In this document: positions 1 to 7,889 of the stretch, one piece after another
Numbering within the stretch: position 1 is the stretch's first letter
Layout: each line of letters begins with the position of its first letter
Source of the DNA: a virus
Length of the DNA: 42,017 nt
Direction: 5' to 3' (one strand)
IMG/VR virus record: IMGVR_UViG_3300045988_006872
Coordinates: 1 to 42,017 of that record
Position numbers and translations under genes: made by a program
Notes under the pieces: generated by a model
What the model was told of the DNA's origin: nothing
What the model saw: the letters and a program-made list of their open reading frames with translations, nothing else
The model's database searches: none

Positions 1-85
1 AACGGCGCAGAAAACAGGAAGCGCCGCAGACAGAGCGGCGAGAGCGCGCGGTGAAATGGATAGCTACATGCGGAAATTGCGTGAC
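1..85. repeat. Terminal direct repeat copy 1 (identical to 41933-42017)
   Basis: Direct comparison of the first and last 85 nt shows an exact match. Confidence 0.95.
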
Positions 86-235
86 CAGTCCAGTAAAAAC
101 CGCAAAGCAGCAGAAAACAAGGCGTTTTCCAATGCCTTTGTAACAGCGCAAAAGTCCGGCGCGTTGGAAGTTACGGTAAACGGAAAGAAATACCGCAGGG
201 CTAACAAGCGCAGCGGTACATGGCGTCCGGTATGA
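2..235 (+). CDS. 3' part of the junction-spanning CDS that starts at 41622 (combined 181 aa, Gly-rich N-terminus, basic C-terminus, unknown function)
   Basis: The frame stays open through the 85-bp repeat and stops at TGA 233-235. Same orientation and packing as the neighbouring head genes. Confidence 0.6.
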   Translation, partial: TAQKTGSAADRAARARGEMDSYMRKLRDQSSKNRKAAENKAFSNAFVTAQKSGALEVTVNGKKYRRANKRSGTWRPV

Positions 236-879
236 TTAACTTCGAAAATCTCGACAAGTTCACATTCCCCGGCGTTGGAAAGTACGACATTCCGCAGATC
301 GAGCCGGTCAAGGCATACCCACAAGGTGAGTTTATCCCCGTGAATTACCATTACACTGCGAAAGACACGAAAAGCAAGATCGTGCATTTCTTCGTGGACG
401 ATTATCAATTCATTCGGTATTGGAACACACCTGACAAGTACATTCCGCAACTGTCGCAGTTTGCGGCGGTGTGCGCACCGGACTTCTCCACCTACACGGA
501 TATGCCGATGGCGATGCAGATATACAATCATTACCGCAAGCACTGGTTGGCGGCGTATTGGCAAATGCACGGCATGACGGTTTATCCAACGATCTCCTGG
601 AGCGACGAGAATAGTTATGATTGGTGCTTTGACGGCGAGCCTATCGGCGGCGTGGTGGCTGTTTCCTCGGTAGGCACACAGCAAAACAAAGAAAGCAAGC
701 GCCTGTTTCTGCGCGGCTATGAGGAAATGATGAAACGGCTTTCACCGGAATGGGTGATATTCTACGGGAAAGTGCCGGAGGAATGCGACTGGAATGTAAT
801 TCGAGTAAAGCCGCACTATGATGAGATTGTGAAACGGAGGAAAGCAAATGAAATATCCGTTTCGGCCGGAAATACTTGA
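220..879 (+). CDS. DUF4417-like protein
   Basis: 219-aa ORF. Motifs 'HFFVDDYQFIRYWNTPDKY' and 'CAPDFSTYTDMP' resemble DUF4417 as I remember it. Overlaps both neighbours, so translation is probably coupled. Confidence 0.65.
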   Translation: MASGMINFENLDKFTFPGVGKYDIPQIEPVKAYPQGEFIPVNYHYTAKDTKSKIVHFFVDDYQFIRYWNTPDKYIPQLSQFAAVCAPDFSTYTDMPMAMQIYNHYRKHWLAAYWQMHGMTVYPTISWSDENSYDWCFDGEPIGGVVAVSSVGTQQNKESKRLFLRGYEEMMKRLSPEWVIFYGKVPEECDWNVIRVKPHYDEIVKRRKANEISVSAGNT

Positions 880-2365
880 TGCCCTTCCCGAAGAACTTGC
901 GGAACTATTCCGCGGGCTGGAAGATACGCTTCTCAATGAGATTTGTAGTCGTCTTGCACTGAAAGATCAGCTGAACGAAGTGACGGTTCAGGCAATCCGG
1001 TCGCTTCGGTCGCACGGCATTGACACAAAGGATATCGAAAAGGCGATTCGAAAGACCGCTGGGATCAGCGAAAAGAAACTGAGCGATCTATTTGACGATG
1101 TGATAGCCAGAAATCAAAAGTATTACACTGAGGTTATCGACCTTGCAGGGCTGACACAGCCTGAAACGCTGGTGAGCGTAGAAGACACGTGGGCGGTTTA
1201 CGAACAAACTCGGCAAACGTTGCGAAATATCACGCAGTCTATGGGCTTTCTGGTAAACAATGGGCGGACGAGGCTCCCGCCTGCGCGTGCATATCAGTGG
1301 GCGTTGGATTCTGCTGTTATGCAGATTCAGAGCGGGGCGATCAGCTACAATCAGGCGATAAAGTCTTCGGTGCAACAGCTTGCAGGTGGGCTGAAAGTCG
1401 TGAACTACGAAAGCGGACACGCTGACAACATCGATGTTGCTGTTCGGAGAGCTGTCATGACCGGCGTGAATCAGATCTGCGACCAGTACACAAACCAAAG
1501 CGCAGAGTACCTTGATACGAGATACTTTGAAGTGTCTGCGCACGCTGGGGCGCGTGACAAGCCGGGTGCTTCGCCGTGGTCAAGCCACAAAGACTGGCAA
1601 GGGAAAGTCTATTACCAGAGTGAAAGCGGCGAACCTGACCCGCTGGGGCTTTACGATGACCTTGTGGAAACGACCGGTTACGGATATGTTGACGGTCTGA
1701 CAGGCGCAAACTGTAGGCATCACAAATACCCGTTTGTTCAGGGAGTTTCGGAACGAACTTACACAGACGAACAGCTCAAGCATATCGACGATGGTCTTGG
1801 CTGCACGTTTGACGGAAAGACTTACACGGCCTATGAAGCGACGCAGATGCAACGCCGAATAGAACGGCAAATCCGCGCGCAGAAGAAGCTTAGAAACGCA
1901 TACAAAGAAGCTGGGCTTTCCGAAGACGCGACCGCCGCAAACATAAAGCTTCGGCGGCTGAACGCAGAATATAGCAGGTTCAGCAAGGCCGCAGGGCTGC
2001 CGGAACAGCGTGAGCGGACAAAGGCCCTATACACAGATGCAAAATCCGAGGCTGCGGTCAGTGCGGCGAAAGCAGCAAAACCAATCACGAGGCTGCAAGA
2101 AACGCTGGATGTGAAAGCAGGGATTGTGAATGGCGTTGTCCCGAAAGGGTCAGAAATTGGGTCTATTCGAGAAATAGCCGGTGGAGGGTCCGGGAAGCAG
2201 CTAAAGGTCGCGAGCTTCCTTTCTGAAAACTACGGCGGGGAACCGTTGCAATGGCGGAAAATTGGCGGTATAATACAAACGGACAATTTCCAGTATGATG
2301 TTCACTGGTTTGAATGCAACGAGAAACACTTCGAAGAAAAGCTGAAAGGGGTGAAGAAGAAATGA
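848..2365 (+). CDS. Phage minor capsid / head morphogenesis protein (SPP1 gp7-like, 'minor capsid protein 2' type) with an extra C-terminal ~110 aa
   Basis: 505 aa with GGAGGA RBS. Motifs 'AVRRAVMTGVNQ' and 'LTGANCRHH', plus a helical 'MQRRIERQIRAQKK' region typical of the family. Lies downstream of the portal. Confidence 0.8.
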   Translation: MKYPFRPEILDALPEELAELFRGLEDTLLNEICSRLALKDQLNEVTVQAIRSLRSHGIDTKDIEKAIRKTAGISEKKLSDLFDDVIARNQKYYTEVIDLAGLTQPETLVSVEDTWAVYEQTRQTLRNITQSMGFLVNNGRTRLPPARAYQWALDSAVMQIQSGAISYNQAIKSSVQQLAGGLKVVNYESGHADNIDVAVRRAVMTGVNQICDQYTNQSAEYLDTRYFEVSAHAGARDKPGASPWSSHKDWQGKVYYQSESGEPDPLGLYDDLVETTGYGYVDGLTGANCRHHKYPFVQGVSERTYTDEQLKHIDDGLGCTFDGKTYTAYEATQMQRRIERQIRAQKKLRNAYKEAGLSEDATAANIKLRRLNAEYSRFSKAAGLPEQRERTKALYTDAKSEAAVSAAKAAKPITRLQETLDVKAGIVNGVVPKGSEIGSIREIAGGGSGKQLKVASFLSENYGGEPLQWRKIGGIIQTDNFQYDVHWFECNEKHFEEKLKGVKKK

Positions 2366-2610
2366 AGGTGAGATATAAAGGAACGACGTTCGGCGGCGGG
2401 GTTCTCGGGCTGACGGATGGGAAAACCTATGAATGCGTGGGGGTCGAATATGATTTGCTCCGCATCATCGATGATGAGGGGGAGGATTACCTTTATTCCG
2501 CTTCGGCCCCTGCACCGCTCAATGGCAAAATCAAGCCGGGCAAATGGGAAGTGGTAGAAGATGACGATCAGGGAACGCTTTCAAGACTGATTTCTAAGGA
2601 GAATGCATGA
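2362..2610 (+). CDS. Hypothetical small acidic protein (82 aa)
   Basis: ATGA start/stop overlap with the minor capsid gene. Internal Met of track ORF 2314-2610. Confidence 0.6.
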   Translation: MKVRYKGTTFGGGVLGLTDGKTYECVGVEYDLLRIIDDEGEDYLYSASAPAPLNGKIKPGKWEVVEDDDQGTLSRLISKENA

Positions 2611-2735
2611 TTGACGAAAAACTGAAATCCGCTATTGAGCGGGCGCTTGCCGCCGGGTTCCGCGTCCAGCTAAAGCGCATGAAGGACGGAACAGTAAAGG
2701 CGCAGATCATCAAGGCGGAAGAACTGAAAAAATAA
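2607..2735 (+). CDS. Hypothetical 42-aa protein
   Basis: ATGA overlap with the preceding ORF. Translation MIDEKLKSAIERALAAGFRVQLKRMKDGTVKAQIIKAEELKK was read manually; it is below the ORF-track size cutoff. Confidence 0.4.
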   Translation: MIDEKLKSAIERALAAGFRVQLKRMKDGTVKAQIIKAEELKK

Positions 2736-2777
2736 TACAGATACCGCAGCGCAATTGAGCGCGCGGAATGGCACGAT

Positions 2778-2821
2778 GAGCCAACTGACTACGATTTGTT
2801 GTCGGTTGGCTCTTTTTATTT
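2778..2821 (+). terminator. Rho-independent terminator inside the head module
   Basis: 12-bp stem gagccaactgac/gtcggttggctc (one G-U pair), 11-nt loop, then TTTTTATTT. Confidence 0.75.
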
Positions 2822-2861
2822 ATCAACACTGTCCGACAGGACGTTAAACAAGGAGATTTTT

Positions 2862-3359
2862 ATGACAGAAGAAACCAACGTGCAGGGCACGGGAATCACT
2901 GCTCCTGAGCAGGAAAAGACGTTCACGCAGGCCGACGTTGACAAGATGATTCAGTCGAGGCTTGACCGAGAACGGAAGAAATACCCCAGCGAGGAAGAAA
3001 TCACCGCATACCGGACATGGAAAGACAGCCAGCAGACCGAACAGGAACGGCAGGCCAAGCAGGCGAAGGACCTTGCGGACAGCAAAGCTGCTTTGACTGC
3101 ATCGCAGGCAGAGGTCGAGCAGCTGCGGCGCGACAAGTATGTGTTGAGCAAGGGCTTGACCGGCGAGGATGCCGAGTTTATCGCGTTCAAGGCGATGAAG
3201 ATGGTCAACGACAAGACCACGTTTGAACAGGCTGTCGACGAGCTTACAGCGAATCGCAAGAAGGCGACGTTCGACTGGACAGCACCGGCAGGCGGTGGAA
3301 CCAAAGAAACAAACATGAACAGCACGATGAACGCCCTGATTCGGGGCGCTCTGAAATAA
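2862..3359 (+). CDS. Scaffolding protein (DUF4355-like)
   Basis: AAGGAG RBS. Charged coiled-coil protein with 'FTQADVDKMIQSRLDRERKKY', immediately upstream of the major capsid gene. Confidence 0.8.
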   Translation: MTEETNVQGTGITAPEQEKTFTQADVDKMIQSRLDRERKKYPSEEEITAYRTWKDSQQTEQERQAKQAKDLADSKAALTASQAEVEQLRRDKYVLSKGLTGEDAEFIAFKAMKMVNDKTTFEQAVDELTANRKKATFDWTAPAGGGTKETNMNSTMNALIRGALK

Positions 3360-3374
3360 CGAAGGGAGAATCAT

Positions 3375-4592
3375 ATGCCGAATATTATTGACAGAAATGC
3401 ACTTTCCGGTCTTATTCCGGAGCCTGTAACCCGCGAGATCATGCAGGGCGCTATCGCGGAATCCGCAGTCCTGCGCATGGGTAAGCGACTGGCGAATATG
3501 TCCAGCAAGACGCAGACCATCAACGTCCTGGACGCGCTGCCCTCTGCGTACTTCGTCAACGGCGAAGCAACTGATACCGGAGCCGGTGAAGCTTTCAAGC
3601 AGACCACGAAGATGGCGTGGGACAAGAAGAAAATCTATGCCGAGGAAATCGCAGTTATTGTCCCCATCCCCGAAGCAGCACTGGATGACGCAGATTATGA
3701 CATCTGGGGCGAGGTTCGCCCGAGACTGACTGAGGCGTTCGGTAAGGTCATCGACGCGGCAATCCTCTTTGGCACCAGCAAGCCTAGCACTTGGCGCGAC
3801 GGCGTTGTTCCTTCGGCCATCGCTGCCGGTAACGGCGTACCCGTCGGCACAAGCGTCTTTGACGACATCATGGGCGAGAACGGCCTGATCGCGAAGGTCG
3901 AGCTTGACGGATTCAATCCGAACGGCGTTATGTCCGCTATCCAGATGCGCGGGAAGCTGCGTGGCCTCAAGGACACGACCGGCCAGCCCATCTTCAAGTC
4001 CGATATGCAGGGCGCGACCCGCTATGGCCTTGACGGCATGGATATGTACTTCCCGATGAATGGCGCGTTTGACCCGAATCAGGCACAGATGATCGTCGGC
4101 GATTGGAGCCAGCTGGTGTACGCCATTCGGCAGGATATGACCTTCAAGATCTTCACCGAGGGCGTGATTCAGGATCCGACCACCAAGGCCATTACCTACA
4201 ACCTGATGCAGAACGACATGGTTGCGCTCCGCGCTGTCATGCGTCTGGGCTGGGAAATCGCGAACCCGGTCAACGCCTACAACGTGGACAAGACCACTCC
4301 GTTCCCGTTCTCCGTCTACGGCAAGGCAGGCACGGTCTCGACCGTGACCGTTACCCCCTCGACCGCGACGGTCAGCAAGGGTGACAGCAAGGCGTTCTCC
4401 GCCTCTGTGACCGGTGAAGGTATCGTGAGCGGTGACGTCACGTGGAGCATCAACAGCACGAAGTCCAGCATCACGGACGACGGCATCCTGACTGTTGGTT
4501 CCAGCGAGACCGGCTCCAGCATCACGGTAACGGCGAAGTCCAAGCAGAACGAGAACAAAACCGGCACGGCAACTGTGACGGTCGGCTCGTAA
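3375..4592 (+). CDS. Major capsid protein (HK97 fold) with C-terminal Ig-like Big_2 domain
   Basis: 405 aa, in the position after the scaffold gene. The last ~85 aa, 'VTVTPSTATVSKGDSKAFSASVTGEG...VTWSINS...ITVTAKS', match the bacterial Ig-like group 2 pattern. Confidence 0.9.
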   Translation: MPNIIDRNALSGLIPEPVTREIMQGAIAESAVLRMGKRLANMSSKTQTINVLDALPSAYFVNGEATDTGAGEAFKQTTKMAWDKKKIYAEEIAVIVPIPEAALDDADYDIWGEVRPRLTEAFGKVIDAAILFGTSKPSTWRDGVVPSAIAAGNGVPVGTSVFDDIMGENGLIAKVELDGFNPNGVMSAIQMRGKLRGLKDTTGQPIFKSDMQGATRYGLDGMDMYFPMNGAFDPNQAQMIVGDWSQLVYAIRQDMTFKIFTEGVIQDPTTKAITYNLMQNDMVALRAVMRLGWEIANPVNAYNVDKTTPFPFSVYGKAGTVSTVTVTPSTATVSKGDSKAFSASVTGEGIVSGDVTWSINSTKSSITDDGILTVGSSETGSSITVTAKSKQNENKTGTATVTVGS

Positions 4593-4615
4593 GGATTGAA
4601 TAGGAGGCGGCACGA

Positions 4616-5056
4616 ATGACTTATTCGGATTATGAGTTTTACTCCGGCTGCTATCTCGGCACCGTAGGAGAGGAAGATTTTGAACGTTTGGTGATTCGTG
4701 CCAGCTCTTTCCTCGAGTATTACACACAAGACCGTGTGAAAAACTTTGCAGACTTCGACGCGGTGAAGATGTGCTGTTGTGCGCTGGTTGATCAATACAA
4801 GCTCATTGAAACGGCGCAGGAACTTGCTAGAAAGAACGTCGACGCCGGGCTTGCATCCGACGGTGCAGAAGTGCAGAGCGAGACCGTAGGCGGCTATTCA
4901 CGGACCTTGAGAAGCGGCGGGGATTCTTCACTTGCCGCGCTCAAAGCTGCGTCAGAAGCGAAACAGGCGCTTGCTGGTGTTGTTCGCGAATACCTCGCGC
5001 ATACCGGACTTCTCTACAGAGGGAGGTGCTTTTCATGTATGCCCCACACACCGTAA
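4616..5056 (+). CDS. Head-tail connector protein (gp6-like)
   Basis: 146 aa, GGAGG RBS, position right after the major capsid gene. The N-terminal 'YSDYEFY...EDFERL...AS..LEYYT' pattern is typical of phage gp6-like connectors. Confidence 0.65.
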   Translation: MTYSDYEFYSGCYLGTVGEEDFERLVIRASSFLEYYTQDRVKNFADFDAVKMCCCALVDQYKLIETAQELARKNVDAGLASDGAEVQSETVGGYSRTLRSGGDSSLAALKAASEAKQALAGVVREYLAHTGLLYRGRCFSCMPHTP

Positions 5057-5493
5057 CGATCTACAACGTTACGCAGGAAACTGACCCGGAGACGTTCAAG
5101 GATGTGCGGAAATGCTACATCACGGTCATGCGGGGCGTCATGCTGCAAGCGTCTAAGGCGGCGAACGTCCGCGCCAGCGGTCTTGAAAGCGCCGATGCGG
5201 TCAACCTGTACATTCCGTTCTCCGCGCCTGCTGTGGACGGCGTGACAGGAATGGAGAAGCGCTACGTCGGGCCGCAGGAATTTTGGCGTGCAACTGATAA
5301 AAGCAAAATCTGGACACTTTCTACAGACGGTAACGGCGGCACAACCTTCTTTGTGAAGGGCGAAGTAGTCGAGCAGGACAAGACGGAAGAACAGATCGAG
5401 ATGCTTTACGATGATGTGTACAAAGTGACAAAGGTGGACATGAAGGACTTCGGCAGTCCATCTATGCAGCACTGGCAGGTCGGAGGCTCGTAA
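5035..5493 (+). CDS. Head closure / head-tail adaptor protein (putative)
   Basis: GGAGG sits 8 nt upstream of ATG 5035. Size and position fit the connector series. Confidence 0.55.
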   Translation: MYAPHTVTIYNVTQETDPETFKDVRKCYITVMRGVMLQASKAANVRASGLESADAVNLYIPFSAPAVDGVTGMEKRYVGPQEFWRATDKSKIWTLSTDGNGGTTFFVKGEVVEQDKTEEQIEMLYDDVYKVTKVDMKDFGSPSMQHWQVGGS

Positions 5494-5903
5494 TGCTGAA
5501 ATTCAGCGTAAAGGCAGACGGATGTGACGCGCTGCAGGAAAAGCTCGCGCAGGCCTGCACCAAAGCAGAGCATATTGTTGCAACGCAGGTGCGGAAGGAC
5601 ACAAGCCCATATGTGCCGTTCTTGACTGGGTCTCTCGACGAGAGAACGCAGGTTGTGGGAAATGCTGTTGTCTACCCCGGCCCGTATGCGCGATTTTTGT
5701 ACTACGGGAAAGTCATGGTGGATCCGGAGACCGGGAGCACATACGCGCCGAAGGGCGGCACGAAAGTGCTAACCGACAAAAACCTTGTGTTTAACAAGTC
5801 CGGACACGCACAAGCACAGTCGCACTGGTTCGAGGCGTCCAAAGCCGAAAACCTTGATAAATGGATCCGTGTTGCGGATAAGGCGGTGAAAAATGGCCTC
5901 TGA
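5493..5903 (+). CDS. HK97 gp10-like / 'minor capsid protein' family tail-completion protein
   Basis: 136 aa. 'DTSPYVPFLTGSL' and 'YARFLYYG' resemble the Minor_capsid_1 / gp10 family. Start and stop overlap the neighbours. Confidence 0.6.
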   Translation: MLKFSVKADGCDALQEKLAQACTKAEHIVATQVRKDTSPYVPFLTGSLDERTQVVGNAVVYPGPYARFLYYGKVMVDPETGSTYAPKGGTKVLTDKNLVFNKSGHAQAQSHWFEASKAENLDKWIRVADKAVKNGL

Positions 5904-6348
5904 AAAGCAAAGAAAACTGGTATCCGCGGAGGAAGAGCAGGACATTTCCAGAAAAATGATGATTTGGGCAAACGCCTTTTCCGATGACGACATGCCAGCT
6001 GCAACGATTAACTATGAATTTCTCGCTGCGGATTCTGCAAGTATGGCGCTGTCCACTATTCAGGGCGCGTATATCACGCAGAAATACATCCTCGGCGGGC
6101 ATGAAGCGGAATACCAATTTAAGATCATCGCCCGCATTATTCCCGGAAACAGCAACGACAAGCGCCTGAAATGTGACGCCATGCTGAATCGTTTCGGGGA
6201 CTGGGCGATGCAAAACCACCCGGCTCTGGGCAACGGAATGCGCGTCAGGCGTGTGGAAGCGTCCAGCCGCGCGGCAATGTTCGCCCGGTACGAAGATGGA
6301 TCAGAAGACCATCAAATTCTTATGAAACTGACATATGAGGTGATTTAA
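5893..6348 (+). CDS. Tail terminator-like protein (putative)
   Basis: 151 aa; last gene before the major tail protein. Confidence 0.5.
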   Translation: MASEKQRKLVSAEEEQDISRKMMIWANAFSDDDMPAATINYEFLAADSASMALSTIQGAYITQKYILGGHEAEYQFKIIARIIPGNSNDKRLKCDAMLNRFGDWAMQNHPALGNGMRVRRVEASSRAAMFARYEDGSEDHQILMKLTYEVI

Positions 6349-6350
6349 TT

Positions 6351-6884
6351 ATGGCAGACATGACATTTAATACCACTGCTGGCCAGACCATTGACCGCGA
6401 ATTGCTGATCGCGTACCTGAATACCGGCGAGGCGTCTACGCCTGTCTGGTCTCCGTTCGGCAAGCGCGTCACGGATTCCAGCATGGAGTACGACTGGCAG
6501 GAAGATTCCAGCAAGGATATCCTCGGGACTACAAGAACCACCATGAAGAAGCCCATCATCACGCAGAGCTTTGACCCGTGCGAGCTGGACGCAGGAGACG
6601 CGGCGCTTGTCAAGCTGTGGAACCTGGCTGTCAAAGACCAGGACGCAGCAGCACTGGCGAATCAGGACGTTCTTATCGTCCATTTTTACGCAGGCACGGC
6701 CAAGACGGCTGTTTTTGCGGAGCGCTACGACGGAACAATGGTCAAGCCCGCGAGCCTCGGCGGCGAGGGGGGCGGATTTGTCGGCATGCCGTTCGACGTG
6801 ACGCTCGGCGGCACGCGCACGACTGGCACGGCTGCGATCGGCAGCAACGGCGCAGTCACGTTCACGGCGGATTCTGCGGCGTAA
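6351..6884 (+). CDS. Major tail protein (TP901-1/phi13-like)
   Basis: 177 aa. 'LIAYLNTGEASTPVWSPFGKRVTDSSMEYD' fits the family pattern. Precedes the chaperone genes and the tape measure. Confidence 0.75.
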   Translation: MADMTFNTTAGQTIDRELLIAYLNTGEASTPVWSPFGKRVTDSSMEYDWQEDSSKDILGTTRTTMKKPIITQSFDPCELDAGDAALVKLWNLAVKDQDAAALANQDVLIVHFYAGTAKTAVFAERYDGTMVKPASLGGEGGGFVGMPFDVTLGGTRTTGTAAIGSNGAVTFTADSAA

Positions 6885-6897
6885 GGAGGGACGCTAA

Positions 6898-7323
6898 ATG
6901 GCAGACATCAGATTTGATACTGGCGTTCAGTCCTTCCAAATTAACGGAGGCGTGAATGTAGAGTTCAACCCTACCGACAGCGAATTTGCAAAAAAGCTGT
7001 TTTCGCTGTTTGAAGAGTTGGAAGCCAGACAGCATGAATACGCAAAACGCGCCGAAAACGAGGCGGACCCGAAAAAAATTCTCGATTTGGCAGATCAGTT
7101 CGATAAGGAGATTCGCGAAAAAATCGACGCGATCTTCGGAAAGCCAATTTGCGCCGATGTATTCAAAACGAATGTTCTGGCGCTGGGGGATGGCCTCCCT
7201 GTGTGGGCAAACCTGATGCTTTCAGTTCTTGACCAGATGGATACCGGCTTTGATGTCCAAAAAGCAAAAACGAACGCCCGCGTCAAACAGTACACGGAAA
7301 GATGGGCGAGAAGAAAACGCTGA
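6898..7323 (+). CDS. Tail assembly chaperone (gpG-like)
   Basis: 141-aa acidic protein between the major tail protein and the tape measure. Confidence 0.6.
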   Translation: MADIRFDTGVQSFQINGGVNVEFNPTDSEFAKKLFSLFEELEARQHEYAKRAENEADPKKILDLADQFDKEIREKIDAIFGKPICADVFKTNVLALGDGLPVWANLMLSVLDQMDTGFDVQKAKTNARVKQYTERWARRKR

Positions 7324-7877
7324 TTTACGCGCTTCCGACGTCTGCGGAGATCAACGGGACGACATATCAGATCGAGTCGGACTATAGGGCGGTGCTGGAT
7401 ATCCTCACCGCCCTTGTTGATAACGATCTGGACGAGCAGGAAAAGGCACTTGTTTCTTTAGGCATCTTTTATCCGGACTTCGACGAAATGCCCGTAGAAG
7501 ACTATCAAGAGGCGCTGAATCAGTGCTTCCGTTTTATCGACATGGGAGAAGAGCGGAAGGAGAAGAAACGCGAACCAGTTCTGATGTCTTGGGAGCAGGA
7601 TTTTAACATGATCATTGCCCCCATTAACCGCATCGCCGGGTGCGAGGTGCGGGCCCTCGAGTATGTCCACTGGTGGACGTTTCTTTCGTGGTACAGCGAG
7701 ATTGGGGACTGCTTCTTTGCGCAGGTGGTTCGCATCCGCGGCAAAAAAGCACACGGGAAGTCTCTGGACAAGCAGGACAGAGAGTTTTACCGGAGGAACA
7801 GGGATGTTATCGACCTGAAAACAACGTACACAGAGGCGGAAAAGGACGTTCTCGCTGCATGGGGCATCTCAAAATAA
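7302..7877 (+). CDS. Phage Gp15-like protein (second chaperone-position gene)
   Basis: 191 aa. 'INGTTYQIESDYRAVLDIL' resembles the bacteriophage Gp15 family. Lies in the -1 frame relative to 6898-7323 but has its own ATG. Confidence 0.6.
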   Translation: MGEKKTLIYALPTSAEINGTTYQIESDYRAVLDILTALVDNDLDEQEKALVSLGIFYPDFDEMPVEDYQEALNQCFRFIDMGEERKEKKREPVLMSWEQDFNMIIAPINRIAGCEVRALEYVHWWTFLSWYSEIGDCFFAQVVRIRGKKAHGKSLDKQDREFYRRNRDVIDLKTTYTEAEKDVLAAWGISK

Positions 7878-7889
7878 GGTGGTGAAAAA

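Noticed and set aside
1-85. The 85-bp terminal repeat as cohesive ends or a genuine DTR packaging signal
   Set aside because: A continuous ORF crosses it, and the large terminase is of the PBSX/headful type. An assembly overlap of a circular or permuted genome is the more economical reading. Read-level data are needed to be certain.
2844-4727. 627-aa ORF on the minus strand spanning the scaffold and major capsid genes
   Set aside because: It is antisense to two well-supported + strand genes. The translation is Arg/Ala/Gly/Leu-rich low-information sequence typical of the reverse frame of GC-rich coding DNA. It has no RBS and no family resemblance.
7254-7323. Programmed -1 frameshift joining 6898-7323 to 7302-7877 (gpG/gpGT-style)
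   Set aside because: The downstream ORF is in the -1 frame, and that frame is open only from 7254. However, I find no X_XXY_YYZ slippery heptamer in the overlap; the closest is caa aaa gca. The downstream ORF also has its own ATG and resembles the independent Gp15 family. It cannot be excluded without experiment.
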